Positions 34,803 through 49,803 of a DNA stretch of 64,000 nt are shown one piece after another; position 1 is the stretch's first letter; each line of letters starts with the position of its first letter. The notes beneath the pieces were generated by a model. That model was not told where the DNA came from. It was given only the letters and a program-made list of their open reading frames with translations, and did no database searches. The DNA comes from Oikopleura dioica (taxonomy: Eukaryota > Animalia > Chordata). The stretch is from contig OU015568.1 of NCBI GenBank assembly GCA_907165135.1, forward strand, positions 3,348,001 to 3,412,000, given 5' to 3'. A program made the translations under genes and the position numbers.

Positions 34803-36532
34803 TTCACCGGTTACCGGAAATCAAGGCCCTTATTTGTGATTCCTCAACAAAAATTGAAGAAAGCGAATTCTAAAAATTATTTCCCTAAGAATACAAGACC
34901 CTCGCCCAAGTCTAAATGAGCGTTCTCCAGTTTTTCCTTGAAGTGCAAGCTTGGAGAGTGTCCTCCGTGTCAGCCAATCAGAGCGCCGCGCTGCTTTCCC
35001 AGGAAAATCAAAATAAAGAGTCGGACTTTAAAATCAATTCACAAAAAAAGTCCAGTGAGTTAGAAGAAGTTTAAAAAGCAAAATTTATTATTTTTTTATA
35101 GTCTTTCTAAAATGACTAGGCCCGGAATTGTGAGCGACCTAGAAACCCAAAAAACCGAGAGAAATCGGCGATTTAGAAGATTTGCCGGGCTTCAAGTGCC
35201 GGCATATTTTTCGCCGTATTCGATAACCTAGGTTATCCTATGATTTTCTTTGGGGGTGTAGTTTATTTTGCCCTTTGAAAAATCGAGTCCTCCGATCGTG
35301 TCGGACCCTAGGACAGGGGCTTTTCCAGTGTTCATTCAAATCCGTGCCACTGAAAAAATGGTCTTTTCAGGATTAAATTAACATAAAACTAAAAAGAAAG
35401 CGGAATACCAATAGTCAAATCCTGGCCGCGCACTTCCGCGCATAAGACGCGCCGGCTTATACCGGACCGCGGCGCGGTTCTGATCCAAAGCTCAGATTGG
35501 ATCCCATTAGCGCGAGGCTCACAGAAAATTTCCGAAATTCGGCCCGCGCCAGTAATTCTTCAGCTTATCCGTTTTGGACGAAAATGCCAAAAATATTAAG
35601 TTTTCAGGACCAAGAAAACCTCGCTTTCTTCTTTGTCTTACAGTACTACCTACTGTTGATTGTGCTATTTTCGCTTGTTAACCCGTAACAACCACGTGCT
35701 CACGGATTACCAAAAGTGCCAATTTTGGCTCCGAACCATCCGCGTGAAAGCCCTGCTCTCCTGGTTAAATGAAATTAACCCCTCAGCGCTTGACAAAACA
35801 AAAATTGAACGAGCGAGCTGCGGAACCTGAAATCTAAACTTTAATCGACTCGTTTTCGGGCTTGAAAAATGAGCTCGAAGGAGGCGGAAAGGCGGATGCG
35901 CAAGAATTTCAAACAAGAACATTTTCAAAATGATTTTTTGTTCAAGCAAAGAAAAAAAAAGAGAGGATAAGACGTAGTAAATTGTTGATAACCGCAACAT
36001 CCGAAGGATGCTAAAAATTCTATCTTTCTAAATTTCGACTCAAAAAGATAAATTTTTGGCACGAACCAAGAGGAGGAATAGCGTTTTTTCGACAACCAAT
36101 AAGATTGCTGTATTTGGCCTACCGGCCAATCAAAATCCAGATCCATCAAATCACTTTCTTTACCCAAGATTTGGCTGTGCCGATCTACCGAGAAAATACT
36201 GAGCTTTTTAAACTTTTTAACCCACTGGCGCAGCGGCCCTCAAAACTCGCCAAACATGTTCCCCCGAAGTCCTCAAGCGTCGATCCAGATCGCAATCAGA
36301 AATTCGCCTTCTTTGCGCGCGCTTATCCTGAGTGGAACTTTTCAAAATATTCACATTCTGAAACCAAAATATCCCTCTTGTATAAGTTCCAGATCTAACT
36401 AGCGCCCTGACATTTCATTTCAAAGTTTTCTATTTTGGTTACCGATTTCATAAGCTACCCAAAACTGCCCACTTCCAAAATATACCAGATTTGCTTAAGA
36501 TTAAAGTTACATAATCAATTTAAAATTTCTAG

Positions 36533-37563
36533 CTCTTGGATGCCGAAAAAGACGAATGCAAAAAGCTCGCGATAATATTTCCCATCGTCATTGTCCTCTT
36601 GGGAATCTTGCTCTTCACCGACTATAAATTTAAGGGTCTCAAATCCTTAATTTTAATTCAAAAATACTAAAATAGCAAAAAAAGACCCCTGAAAAAGTAG
36701 ATTTTTATGCGATTTTGAAGTACAAAATTTTGAAATTTCCGCGGCTGTCGAAAAAGGGAAAGAACGGCATTGAAGATTCACTGATTCCAGTAAGTAGAAA
36801 AATAAGGCTGTCACTACGATAAGTTAATTTGGAAGAAAACGTTGACTTCTTTGAATAAAATTAGCTATTAATGAAGTTTGTCAAGTTAGAAATCAACGTC
36901 GAAATCCGACTTATCCATAATTCGATTTTCCAAGTTTTCTTGCAGTTTAACAAACAGTCCCAAGTGTTAGCATGAACACGAAAAAAATTAAGTGGGGCAA
37001 AATATTTCCCGTGAAAAGACGAGTTTTCTGCTCCTATTTCTCTGTTTGTTTCCAGTACCAATATTTTGCGTTTTGATAGGAACACTCTATTGAGTAGAAG
37101 AAATGATTGGGAAACAAAGTCGTTGATGGAAAAGGCTAATTTCTAATTAATTTGCATCAGCATCTTAATTGCCCATTGTTTTTCCCAGAATAAGGATGAA
37201 ACAAAGGATCAATTATTGACAGTAAATTTAAAGCGAGCATTATGAATTTGTGTGACCATCTAAATATTAGATTTTACAACATGATAATTCTCCTCCTCCT
37301 CACGTTTTCTTAAGTACAGTGCCCTCTTTCCGTCACTTGCGAACATGATTGGAAGCACATGTAACATCGATCATACAGAACAGGTAACAATTACTGTAAA
37401 AAAGAAAGAGATAACGCTGTTTCAGCCGGATTTGATCCAAGGAACCATCAATAACGGGGTTCAAAACAAGGAGAATACGAATGAGAAAGTCACTTCCTTC
37501 GCGAAAATTCGCCATTCCTTGACTCGAGCTGAATCTGATCCAAAAGTTGAAACGATTGTTTAA
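36533..37563 (+). CDS. Possible multi-exon membrane protein fragment ending in a class I PDZ-ligand-like ETIV*
   Basis: Exon-like pieces KKLAIIFPIVIVLLGILLF (36533 onward) and YSALFPSL...HTEQ|PDLIQG...DPKVETIV* with plausible splice sites. Connectivity between them is not established. Confidence 0.3.
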
Positions 37564-40500
37564 AACAAAAAAAAAATAACCTTCGAAAATTTTTGGTTTC
37601 TTATCGTCCTTCCTCAGCACTAGTCAGATCAAGACCTACGTGCTAATGATAGCGAATCGCTATTAGCAAGCAAGTAATAAGCAGCGCGGCCGGCCGCAAT
37701 TAGAAAGTCTTCTGGAGGGCCAAACGACGAATTACTCTGAGAGGTCATTACGCAGGATTCGGGCTCTTGGGAGGCTGAAGGTGAGAACATTCGGTGTCTA
37801 ATTCATCTAACGCCGCTTCTACTCTTTTACTCTGACTCTTCCGCGTTTGTAATTACTCGAGTTTAACTCGGTTCAGTTTCCAATTTTGAGGGGTCATTTT
37901 CCATTTTAAAAATTACAAAAAAGTCAGCATAAAAAATCCAATTTCGCAGGTGTCTAATAAGAGAACACCAAAGAAGCAGAATTGGATTTTTATCACCTCG
38001 TAACCGCCAGGTGAAGCCGTAATTGAGCTGCTCGCCACGTGGGTCGATGGTAAGGACCCATCGTTAGAAAAAAGTTGTTGTGGTTTTTGCTTACAAAATT
38101 GCAAGAAAAAAACTGGGTTTGACTTATGCAATTGTTGAGACTTGAGACTGGAGTCTTGAACTTTTTCCTAACTCGAATTGGGGCAAGCCATGAAAAATTA
38201 ATGAAAGAATGGTTTTGGCAGCTTCTCAAATCATTATTTTGGCAGGTTCTTTTTTTGATTGATTACTGTACACTTTTTTGACGCAAAACCGCATTTATGC
38301 AGAGAGAGGAAGAGAGGAAACTAATTAAAACACAACATACATCCGCAGCTCTTTGAAATGGAATATCAACTAAATATGCAAATTGATTACAAAGTTCATA
38401 TCTACAGTTTTGTCTGAAATGAAAAACCGAAAAGTTAAACAAAGAAAAGAAGAAAGTTTTAGGACAGTAGTTCTGCCAAACCTCGGGTCTGTGGGAAAGG
38501 GACGCGGGGGAAATGGGATTAGGTTTTTCCAGTTATGAAACAGATTGGGGTTCGTTTCTTCTGGAATACTGTAGTAACAGAAGAAACGACTTATGGTGTT
38601 AGAATTTTCTGAGTGGAAATTCAATTACAAAAATCTTTTTTTTAAAATGAAAGAAATTCTATAATATTTATGCTTTCCTGTTTTTTTTTGTCTATCAGAC
38701 AGTGTCTGGTAGACACGTCATTATTGTTATCTAAAAATTCTGTCAACCAGACGAAGCGAGAAAATTAGAGCGTTTCTAAATGAGTTCATCAAGTGACCTA
38801 GATTGCAAGAATTTCTATAGAAATAGATCCCATAAATTAATTAGACGAAAAAGAATAGATATCTTGCAAGAAAAGGAGAGATTAGTCCTCTGCGTGCTCG
38901 TTCTTGTTTCGGGAGTCGTGGCGAGAGCGTCGGACAGAGCGACCGACAACTCTTGCTTTTGAATTCTTAATCGAGAAACAGACACGCAGAGTTTTAACCT
39001 TTCACATACGACTCATAAGATAACGATAGTTCCTATTTACAAAATAGAGAGAGAGACAAGTACGAAAGAAGAAAAGACAAGATAAAAAAGAAGAAGGTAA
39101 GAAAGGACAAATTCTAGTTTTCGGGAAAGGGTTAGGCCCTTAACCGTTAGGGTTAAGTTTTTGGTGAGGGCCGAAAAGCTTGAATGAGTCGAATTTTTGC
39201 CTAATTGATTATGATGAAAGAATAAACTCAGAATAACAGTTAAAATTCTTGCATTTTTGCATTCAATAAATCTTCCTGAATCTCAAAGGAATTCAGCAAT
39301 TATGAAAAATCGTCATTTCAATTTAATGCATTTCTTTCATAAGCAACCTTTTTTCAATATAAATCTAATTTATTCAAGCATAAGATTGATGCATTTCTGC
39401 GAAACCCCTTAGCTAGATACTCCCTGACTGTATCTACTGTACGCAGTGTACAATGATAATACCCTCCTTACAGTGTGTTGGTTATTAACGTAGCTAGTAG
39501 TAAACATGGCAGCTTGTCAATACCGAACTGACATAAAAGTAAATTACACACATTCATACTCCAGCAGAAAAAGAGAGGGAAAAGGTTTAGAGAGAGAGGA
39601 AGAGGGCAAGAGTAAGTGTACAAAGTAAGTTCAACTGTTAGTTCTCCCAAAGATCTTTAAATTTCAAGGGCAAGTAGGAAGGAGAGTTAAAGAGTTGAGT
39701 CAAGGAGAGATGCATTTCTTAAACCTTCCTGGTTATTGAATTCTAGAGCGAGCGGGGCACTCGAAAAAGAGGAAGACAATCTAAGTGTCGATTAAAATTC
39801 TCATCTAAGAGGACCAGCACAGACAGCAGTTCTTATCACGATGTCAGCTTAGAATACAATAACTATGGAAGGCCTTAAAAATTGAAGAAATTTTTCTTCA
39901 GGTCTTTAATTATCAATCATTTTCCCTTCAACTTAATCCTTTTCGCGGTCGATGCCCTCAGCTCTAAAATGAGCAAAGAAAACACTTAATCCTTCTCCTC
40001 TTTTTCAGAACCTTCCAAAACGGTCTTTAGCCTAACCCTATAATAAGTTTATTTAGCAAAACCAGGCGGATTTTTCTAAAGCCGTGACCCGGCAGTACGG
40101 ATTCGCTCAAAAGAGGGAGGGCTAAGTCGCGTCAAAGTGCAATTTCGTGGTCGCGCAGAATTCGTTATCGTGATCTTGGCTGATAATTTGAGGTTGATGA
40201 AGTTTCCGAACGAAGAAGTGTCAGTAACTCGAGTTGCGCTGAGCGAGTTTAGAGAACACTTTCCGAGTTCTTCGGACAGAAAAAATGCGCCTCAATTATT
40301 TACCAATTAGCGCGTTAATAATTCATTTTCTGCACCATCAGTCAACAAGTCACAATAATAACACGATAATTCATCATTTTTAATACTCTCAAAACTGTGC
40401 AAAAACCATTTTCTTCAGGAGAGGATAGAGCGATCAGAACGAGATGAAATCCTGGGCTGCTCAGCGGACTGTTCAAAGACAATAAGAGGAGGATAAAATG

Positions 40501-42496
40501 AACACTGTTTACAATCGAGACTGGTCCAAGGAAGGTTTTCTCAGATACCAGAGCCCATGTAGCGATAAAAGAGCTCGTTTAAAAACCACGAAAAAAAGCA
40601 ACCAGAAGACAACATCGAAGAAGATGCTCACATGGTCATCAGGAAATGAGCCAAAAACTCCAAAAGCGAGAGAAAGTCCAAAAGTTCTTTATCTTATTTG
40701 AATCATTCAAAAAGTGTGATTCTTTATTCGATGGGCTTGGTTCTTGGCTTGCTCGTTTTGGTCGCATTTTATGACTTATTCAAGGAATGGGTGACCCTGA
40801 TGTTTGCGGTGCCTGCATTTTTCAGAGATAGAACTCATCTCGTAACTTGTTCGAAAGTCCATTCGGCATATTCTATTTTTCATGTGTTTTAGACCGGCTT
40901 GATTTATTTTTCATCGTTTTCTACTTTTCTATAAAGCTACATCTGATCATTTGAAATTTTAAAGAGGCGGGGAAGCAAGCAAGAATAGGCAAAAACTGCT
41001 AGTCTCTTCGAGTCGGAAATTTAGGAGGTGGCTCGAATTGACAAGAAAAATTGCGATAATTTCGACCAAAATTTGTGTCAAATTTTAAACCAATCAGATC
41101 TCCGCATTCGGCTGGTAGACAAATCAGATTCTAGCTTGAAAAAATTGTCGAAAGAAATCGAATTTAGTCGCGATTTTTGTCGACTCGAATCATTTTTGCC
41201 AACCCAAAAATTGACGTTCAAGTTTGTTAACTTCTAGAGCTCACGTGAGTGCCGCAAAACACGTGTCTACCGCGCGGCCTTTTTTCTTTGTAAAGTCAAG
41301 TCCCCAGAATTCCGAATTCTCTTCGTCAATTGTCAGCCTTTAGCCCACCACACGTAGCCAGGATTTCACCCTTATGAAAAGTACTCGAAATCGGGCGCGA
41401 AGCTTTGCAAGGAATTTTCAATATTCAGCGGCTCGTGGCGTTTTTGGCGCCGCTCGAAATCAGGATGCGGTCGAATAAGCGTCGATTGTTCGACAGGTTC
41501 CGGAAAATTTTCGAGGATCTAGACAGCTCCAAGATAATTTCAGAAAGTGGCCTTGACCGAGACAGCCGCTTAGACGGCTTTGATGAGTCTCTTAGACCGA
41601 TATTTCGTCATTCTTAGCTCGATACCCTTAAGCTGTCCATTTTCAAGTTTAACTCCTTCACGCCAAATTGCACAAAAAAGGCTCAAGACCGCTTTGAAGC
41701 TTCCTATGTCGAGAAAAAGCCACCTGGAAGTCGAAAAATGAGTACCGAACAAATCGCTAATCATGTGGCTCAAACCAAACCTGCTCCTGTCTGACTGTAA
41801 TTCATATCAATTTCATATTTTTTCTGTAAATAAAATGAAAACCATCAAAGCTGAAAAACGTTTTTTGGTCCTCTAAAAAGGCTCAAGGAAATTGGTATTT
41901 TTGGAAGAGGGGGAGTGAAAACTACCAGTGCCGGAAATGAGCGGAAAATTCGAAAAATACTAGATTTGGAACGCTTACTGGAACCACAAATTCTATTTTC
42001 GCAATTCTGCTGAGACAACAATTCTTTTAATCAGCGTTTTTTCTTCACTTAAAAACCCTAAAAGAGATTTTTTTACTCAATTTTCTGAAAAAACCGACAA
42101 GATTCTGATATGGGGATAAAGTTTCTTTCAAAAACAAGGGAGTTCACTAATTGACCCTTAAAAATAAACAGTAATTATTGAAGATAGAACTAAAAATAGC
42201 AGAAAAAGAGAAAAAAATTGAAACTAAACGGGTGCTTATGCTGCGCCAGAAAGTCTCCAATGACTCGTACTTTCTCGAAAAAGCTTGTTTTTACAAAATT
42301 AACATGCCACTGTTCCTTCCCCCGTTTATGTCAGGCCGGGTTAGATGACTTGTTTGTTGCCATCCAAATGTTACCCCGCTAGAAAATTCTTAAAATGCTA
42401 AGAACTGGCTTTTAGAATCAATCTCAAAGCAAATACCAAAATAAAAGTCCAAAATTTCTGGATCTTAAAATAAAGGAAGAGTTTTTGAGTCAAATT

Positions 42497-42650
42497 GAGA
42501 GCTCAGCTGGTCCAAAATAATTATTATAATTTTTCTTATTGAAAATAAATTATTGAAAGTTTCAAATAATTATTTTTCGGAAAGCAAAGGCGTTAAATTT
42601 ATGATTCTGAAGAGCAATTAAAATAATTATTTTCGACCAGCTGAGGTCTC
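42497..42650. mobile_element. About 155-bp MITE-like inverted repeat
   Basis: gagagctcagctggtccaaaataattat versus ataattattttcgaccagctgaggtctc (26/28 complementary). Confidence 0.7.
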
Positions 42651-43226
42651 GATTCGGCAAAAAATCATCCTCAATAATTCAATGAAAATTTCTCATTTTG
42701 ACAGTACCTTCCGGTTAAACTCAGCTTTTGAGTTTATCAAAGCTTCGATATTTGTTTATAAATATCTACGTCTTCTTGGCAGCTCAGGATTGGAATCTAA
42801 AAAAGCGTTGTTTTAATTGAACTCGCGGCGGGGGGAATAAATATTATCAAATATTTTTTGCGTCCAATTTGGAGGGATTATTTGCGATCAGATGAACTTC
42901 CAAATATTTTTTGCGGGTAATTAAGCTTTCGTCTTTTTTTCATTTTTGAGTCAAAAGTTTTTTCAGCGGAGCATTTTTAAAAGCTAAAGCAAATAACTTC
43001 AAACGAAAAGTATGTCTTTCGTGAGCTGTTAATTGCCACCATTCGTGTCCTAAAAACAATACCACAGAAATATGAGCCCCATCTATAATCTTCAACAATT
43101 CGCAACAACGCAGATGAGCTCAAACTACAAACCGATGAATGTAAATGTACAGCTCGAAAACAAGGCCGCAGAATCAGGTTAAAAGTTTTTGACATGTTGT
43201 GCATTATACCGTTTTTCGCGGAAGAT

Positions 43227-43449
43227 TTGAAATCAGAAAAATTTCAGCTCTATATTTAAAAATAAAAATTTCAATAATTCAATTAAAAATCCAAGAAACA
43301 AAAAAAAAATCAGAGAAGCTCAAAAAAATAAATAAGCGAGCACGGACCCTCTTATTTGAGCTTCTCTAATTCTTTTTGTTTTTTGAAATTTTAATTGAAT
43401 TTTCGAAAATTTTATTTTTTATCTTGAGCTGAAATTTTTCTGATTTCAA
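43227..43449. mobile_element. 223-bp near-complete palindrome (MITE-like)
   Basis: Perfect 24-bp terminal IR ttgaaatcagaaaaatttcagctc / gagctgaaatttttctgatttcaa. Pairing continues inward (agagaagctcaaa / tttgagcttctct) to a short GC-rich loop. Confidence 0.8.
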
Positions 43450-46400
43450 GTTTTTATTTTGAAGCTTTGAGTTGACATTTTCTTGAACAAAAAAAGCTGA
43501 AACTGGCAATTTTCGAAGAAAGACAAAAGAACGCTTCTTAATTCTAGTTCGGGAGAGTACTTCTATGATGATGAAAAAACACTTGTTCTCAATTTGAAAG
43601 ATGTAAGGTTAGAAGTTTTGGCGACGTGTAAAAGAGAGTGGACAGGAATACATTTCAATAATTTATCATTTACCCAAAACAATATCTTTATTCCTTGCAA
43701 CAAGAAGAAAGTGCAACGAGAACAAGATGTAAAAGGCTTGCAAAATAAACTCTAACATGCAAAGAAACTAACTTTCTTGAAACTGATTCAATAAAATGAT
43801 TCATAAAACAAGATTTTTTTCTTCTCAAAAAGGAACTTTTTATGATTGTTTTTGTCTCAATAAATTCAATTTGATAAATGAGAGATAGAATTTAATTTTG
43901 GAAATTATCGCCAGCCACGTCGATAAAAAATTGAAATAAACAAAATTTCAGAAAACGTGTCACAAAATTATCGGCCTTCTCTTTTTAGAGAAAATTTGAA
44001 ACGCCACTGCGGAGGATTAAAAATTGCGATGGATTAATTTTCTTCCGATGGTTGTGGAACAAACACATCTGAGCTGCACGGAATTGATAAGGCTACGAGA
44101 CATGTCTTTAAGGTTTTTGAAAGATTCCGAAGATGACTGAAAATATAGATTTTGGTCGAGACACGCAGCGTTAAAAATATTTATATTTGACAAGTTTGAA
44201 GTCTTCAGGACGGGTCAGAGAGGGTCTGTTTGGGTATAAACTGGTCCAAATATTAATCGGGCCGATTTTTAGAAAGATTTAAGAAGACGGCGGGAGAACA
44301 AAGAGGGCGGGTAGAAAATATATATTCAGGGGGATTATAGGGATTAAAAAGGGATCTAACAGGAACTGTTTTTACACAGAAAAACTTTTTATTTTTAAGA
44401 GCTCAAAAAAGCCTACTTTTACCTCTAGAATTTTCCGGAAAAAGGCCTTATGAATGGAATGTGTATTCAAATTAAAACGCGGGTCAAAGTCCTTAGTTTC
44501 TATTTTCGAAAAAATGCCAAATCGTAGTGCTGTCTTTAGAGCTTCCATTTTGCATAAAAACGCTACGCCCAGCATTTTTTTGTTCTAACGGGGAGGCCCT
44601 CTTGTGTAATCCAGAATCTAACCCTTGAGCAGTGAGGCGATATAGTTAATCGCATCGCTTCGACCTTGCGCAAGTCTCGCGGAAAAACTGACGGGAGAGC
44701 TTTAGAGGATCTGTCTGTTAGGCTCGATCGTTTTTCTGATAAAGAATATACTGCAAGCGTAAGTAAATCCTTATCATATCCCATCGCGAGTTAATTCATC
44801 GGATAGGAAATCAAGTTTTTTGTCGATAAGCCGTTCTTTTTCCCCTTTTTTCTTGAAAATTTTCGTTAAAACTTGTGAATTTAACTGCAAAAACAATTTC
44901 TTACCACACAAAAACATATTTTTACCTGAAAATGTTTTTTAAACGAGTTTTGGTGGCAACAAAATTGTCAGATTCAAATATTTCGTGGTCTTTTATAAAT
45001 TTAAAGTTGTATCATTTTCATTGGCCAAGTCAATTTTCATAGTTTTTCATAGAAAGAGGAAGTAAATGTTCTAAAAATAAACTGTTTCAGTTCTGTCTGC
45101 GAGACAAATTCTAGCATTTGACGTGAAAACTACTTTTTAGATGTTTTGAAGCAAGCAGATCAACAATCGGTAAAGTAATCCTCTTATGCCGACTTTCAGT
45201 TGATCCTTGAGCAAAAGCAAATTATTACAAAACTTGAACCGTTCCGGAAGGACTTTCTAAAATAAAAATCCCAAATCCTATCACTCCTGTCCAGTAACCG
45301 CTTTATTTCATCTTTCTTATTATTGAAAAAAAGCCTAAAACTAGAATTCGCGCCTCTTGAATAAACCCGAATCAACGTTAAAGATTTTGAAGAAACAAAT
45401 TTGTTACGTATATTGAATTTTAACACGCGTAAGGGTGGAAAGTTGCGAGGTGGCAGATTTACACACACGTTAAGGGGACAGGTGTTTGAAGTGTGGGTTG
45501 AATTTACATCTTTTTGGGTTTAGAAAAGAATGAAGATTTTGAGTCATTTGAATCGATTTTTTGCGTAAGTTTTTCGGTTTTTTTTAACTTGAACGCTCAC
45601 TCAAAAAACTCTTATATAATCGAGAGTATACCCTTAAAAACTTCAATCAAAACGCTTCAATTTTGCTTTATTTTTTCCGAGGGGATGTCCTTAAGATTTC
45701 GTTTGCAATCAGAATATCAATTAAGGGCTTCTCTCGGCTAAATTTCATATTGAAAGATTTAAGGGTATCCTTCCAAAAGAGCCCTTTCCGTGAAAAAGTG
45801 TCAACGTGCGTGTAAAATGTTTTCCCACCGGTTTTCGTCGGATCACATGACAAAATCCGACGGGCAGAAGTCGAGGCTCAAGTGTCAATCCCTCAAAACG
45901 CAATTTCGTTTCCAACGTTGGAAGTCGCGTTTTTGCGAAACCAAAATCCCTTGTCGCCAGAGTTTTTTAAGTTCCCACTGAGCCTTCGCTAGAAATACAA
46001 AGGAGAACACTACAGGAAGGAACATAGAAAGAAGGAGATCAAGCAGATGACATTCCTTTCCGGAGAAGTTGAATCTACGACCAGAACGAAGAAATAAGCA
46101 GTTTTTAAACATTAAAGTTTTAACCGAAATAAGAATACGATTATTATCAACTAAAAGGCCCACGTTTGTTATGAGAATTCAAGATAATATGAATTTTGCA
46201 TAAACAGTTGGTTTATTGAAAACCTTGTTTTCTGATAAGAAGATTATCTCCGAGAAAAAAGACAAATCCCTTGTAGAGTACAAAATATAAGAAATGATGA
46301 CACAAAAATTATATTAATAAAATAAAAATTAATCAATAGAATAATTAATAAAAATGATTGAAAAGAAAAAATCTTATCAAATACGGCTTTTCAAATACGT

Positions 46401-46717
46401 CGTAAAATAAAGTAAGAAAATTTTAATTTTATTACTATTTTTATTTTATTTTAAATATTTGGAAGTTCAGCATCGAATTATAAAATAAAATTTTTACCAA
46501 TAATTTTCTTAAAAATTCTTTCTTCAATTCAAATCTTCTGGCAATTTTAAATCTCTTATCTTCGTAATAAAATCTCTTGAAAAAATGTATAAAATATTTT
46601 ATTTTTGTTGTTTGTGACAGTCTTAATCAATAGTCACTTAGCAAAAAAGCAAAGCTAGCAAGGTTTTTTTTCTTATTATCGCTCCTATGTGCGTTTTCTA
46701 TTTTTTCGCTAATATTC

Positions 46718-46824
46718 GGCCGCCAGGGGGAGTCACTTGCGCGCAGCGAGTCCCGCGCTATCACCCGCGAGCAGAGTTTTGGCACTCGTGAAAGCTCAGG
46801 CTGAGCGCGAGCGCCCTCTCTAGT
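46718..46824 (+). mobile_element. GC-rich block ending in a hairpin plus CTAG|T, resembling a Helitron 3' terminus
   Basis: gctcag-g-ctgagc hairpin (46794-46806), then CTAG at 46820-46823 followed by T. No 5' end or Rep/helicase was seen. Confidence 0.3.
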
Positions 46825-49803
46825 GTGCTTCTTTTTGATAAAAAAGAAAGAAAATTTTATTGTTTATTTTTACTTGTATTAATTAATAAAGAGTTATGTC
46901 TCTCATCGTATGAACAAAGCTGAACATCTGTATTTTTGGCATTAAAACGACCTGTTTTACGCACAATAAGCCCCTTATAATATGATAATCGCTTCAACTA
47001 CCCAAGTAAAAAAGATATTCTAGAGGCAAAAGATGCGAAATAAAGACAGACTAAGGCATTTATAACATTAAGTTTTATGAAACTTAGACAATCACAAGCT
47101 CAATTAATTGATTCATTAATTAAATCAACAAATAAATGCTTTTTTTCATCTTGATGGGGGGGGGGGTCCTTAAGTACATAATTGAAGCTATATAATTGCT
47201 CGTTTCCTGATCTCCTTGCCTCTTCAAACTTCGACTTCTGACGAACTCGTGTTCTTTAAAAATTTGTTAAGTTTAATTACTTTTATCCAAAAGAAATGCT
47301 CCGGAACTGTCGGCCCAGTTCATCCCTTTTGTCCCACTCTGAAAATAAACAGAGAAAGATCTAACGGTTCTTTGTTCCCGCCATAAAATCCAAGCATAAG
47401 TGACATTTTCTGTCAAAACATCCCCCCAAAACCCGCCCTTATCAATATTTCTTTCGGCGGCGGAAAAAATCTTTCGATTATTGAAACAAAATTTTTGAAA
47501 GTTCACGAAAGGCGATTCGCACGTTTTGGTACTCGAAAATAGAATATCCAGGCTGAAGAGGATGCAGATTTTCTCCCGAGAATTGAAGAGGAATCAGCTG
47601 ATAGTTCTTTCAGCAGTTGGAAAAGAAAAAAAATCATGAGAGCTCTTCCGAAGAAAATCTTCAAAATTGAAAATTAAGTTTTTTTTCTAAATCAATTTAT
47701 TTCTATCAATCTTTTCAAATTTTCTCGATCATTCAAAATTTATCACTCAACTGATTAAACAGTAGTTTTTAACTTCCGACTGCTCGGAACTCAAGTTTTA
47801 TGGAGCACAGATTTTTGATACTATCAAATTGATAGATCTATATTTGAACGATTTTTTCTAAATTAAATTGCCGAAAATTGAGTAGCTGCTTTTGCCTTCG
47901 AAAATCGTCTATAATTTAAAGACTATAAAACACAGCTTCAAGCGGCTTTTATTTTGATAGACTCAAAGCCGCAAGCGGCTTCTCGATTCTATTCATTTTT
48001 TTATCCGAGAAAATGCTGATTTTTTCAAAGTATGGCAGTCTACTTCTAAACTTAGAAAACCAACAACTATTTCCTTCAAAATTGACGGCTGAAGCGTCCT
48101 CCGAAAGACCGCGGAAAACACGTGGTTTGTCATACTTTTCTTTCTTTTATAACCACGTCAGACGAATCTGCAAATTCAAGTCATTAATTCAACCGAACAT
48201 AATTGCTCAAAACAAGTAAAGGTTATTAAATTAAATAATCGCGTTTATTTCCGAGTCAAAAACCATTTGATTGACGAGTTCTAGATCATTAACTCGCACT
48301 TGGAATTGGAATTATGTAGATTTGCTCTGTTCTGACTCAAGCATAAAAATCGAATGTCAGCCGCTTTCGCGCATTCGTTCCCGTTGGCCCGCGACTAAAC
48401 GGTTAATGAACGGTCCGTCACCATCTCCATTATCCAATTTGAAACATAAAAACCTGCGTCGAAGCCGGCGTTTTTCAGAAATGAAGCAGATGCGAAATTC
48501 AATTCGTGTCAAAATTTCAAATCCTGCCAGTCTCTGAGCCTTTCGACTTCTAAGACCTCCACAAGAGCTGTCCGTTAAAAAAAAGCCGTTAAAATGCGTA
48601 ATTTTTATTTTTTTAGCTTTTTGAATGAAAAATTTTGATGAGACAAATTGAAATTTTTCGACATGATATAATATTTTTTTACCCAAGCCACTATTAGTAC
48701 TTAAAGTAGAGCAAAAATCAAAGCAAAAAACTGGCTGCTGGGAAAAAGCAAACGATCATTTCTAAACCTGCAATGAAATCGAATTCTCAAATTATCAGCA
48801 ATTTTCGTGTAAATGCGACCATAATCTCTCACACAAATTAACACTCACGGTAACACGCAGAATGTCGTTTTTGAGATGAGTCTTTTCACGATTGCCAATT
48901 TTCGATGCAATTTACCGCAATTTTCAGTCTCTCAAAAAGAAAGATAATAAACTAAGAAGTAAGGTTAAGGTTGTTAACATTGAAATAACATTGTATATCC
49001 ATTTTGACGCCCTTAAAAACAAACGAAACAAGTGAACAAAGGTGGAGCTGAAGAATTTCATACAGTACACAGATCGAGTTCTAGAGCGCTAGAATAACTG
49101 GAAAATCAAATCAGGAAATTGGATCGAGCTTTTTGAATATTGACGTGGGTCTTCGTAACTAGAATCAAAAGCAGCGAATTCTAGCTCTATTTTTTCGGGA
49201 GACTTTTCCCTTTTTCGATTAATTTATTTTCAAATAACTGTTTATCCAGCTTGAAATAGCTCTATCTCGGGCTCGTAACGCGTGTTTAAAAAAAAAGAGT
49301 GTGTTTGATCAACCTGGCGAGCTACACCCTTAGTAGAGATAAATTCGCGAGCCGAGAGGGCCCGGTCTTCTTAATAATTCCTCCGATCCACTGATAACCA
49401 TCCGACGAGGAACCTCTTTTTTAATTGCAGAGGTATTCCCGACGTTCGGAAAAATTATCGCAGCTTTCTGTAAATAAGGCTGTTTTTCTTTGGGAATTTT
49501 GTTCTTAGACTGTTTATTTTTCGTTTTAGCGAGTTCATCTTTCATTTATATTTTCTGCTTTTCTGGTGAAATAAAATCTGCCCGTGTCAATTGCCGATGA
49601 CAGAAACAAGTGCGGAAGAATTCACGAAGCTGATTGCGCGGTTTTTCAATTTCATGAACTGTGAGGTCCAATTCCCACAGTGACTCTTTCGGCGAGCAAC
49701 AATCAGCTTACGGTTTTTTCATCTTGCCTTGTTTCTGGTCGCAAGAATTTGTCAAGCAAAGACTATACGAAGAAAGTTCTGTTTCTCAAGAAAGAATTGA
49801 AGG

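Noticed and set aside
39400-39700. Possible solo LTR (compositionally distinct block)
   Set aside because: No second copy, PBS, PPT or TSD identifiable.
40498-40892. ASIC/ENaC TM2-like MGLVLG segment
   Set aside because: Only a 6-residue resemblance, and adjacent frames do not splice into a coherent channel.
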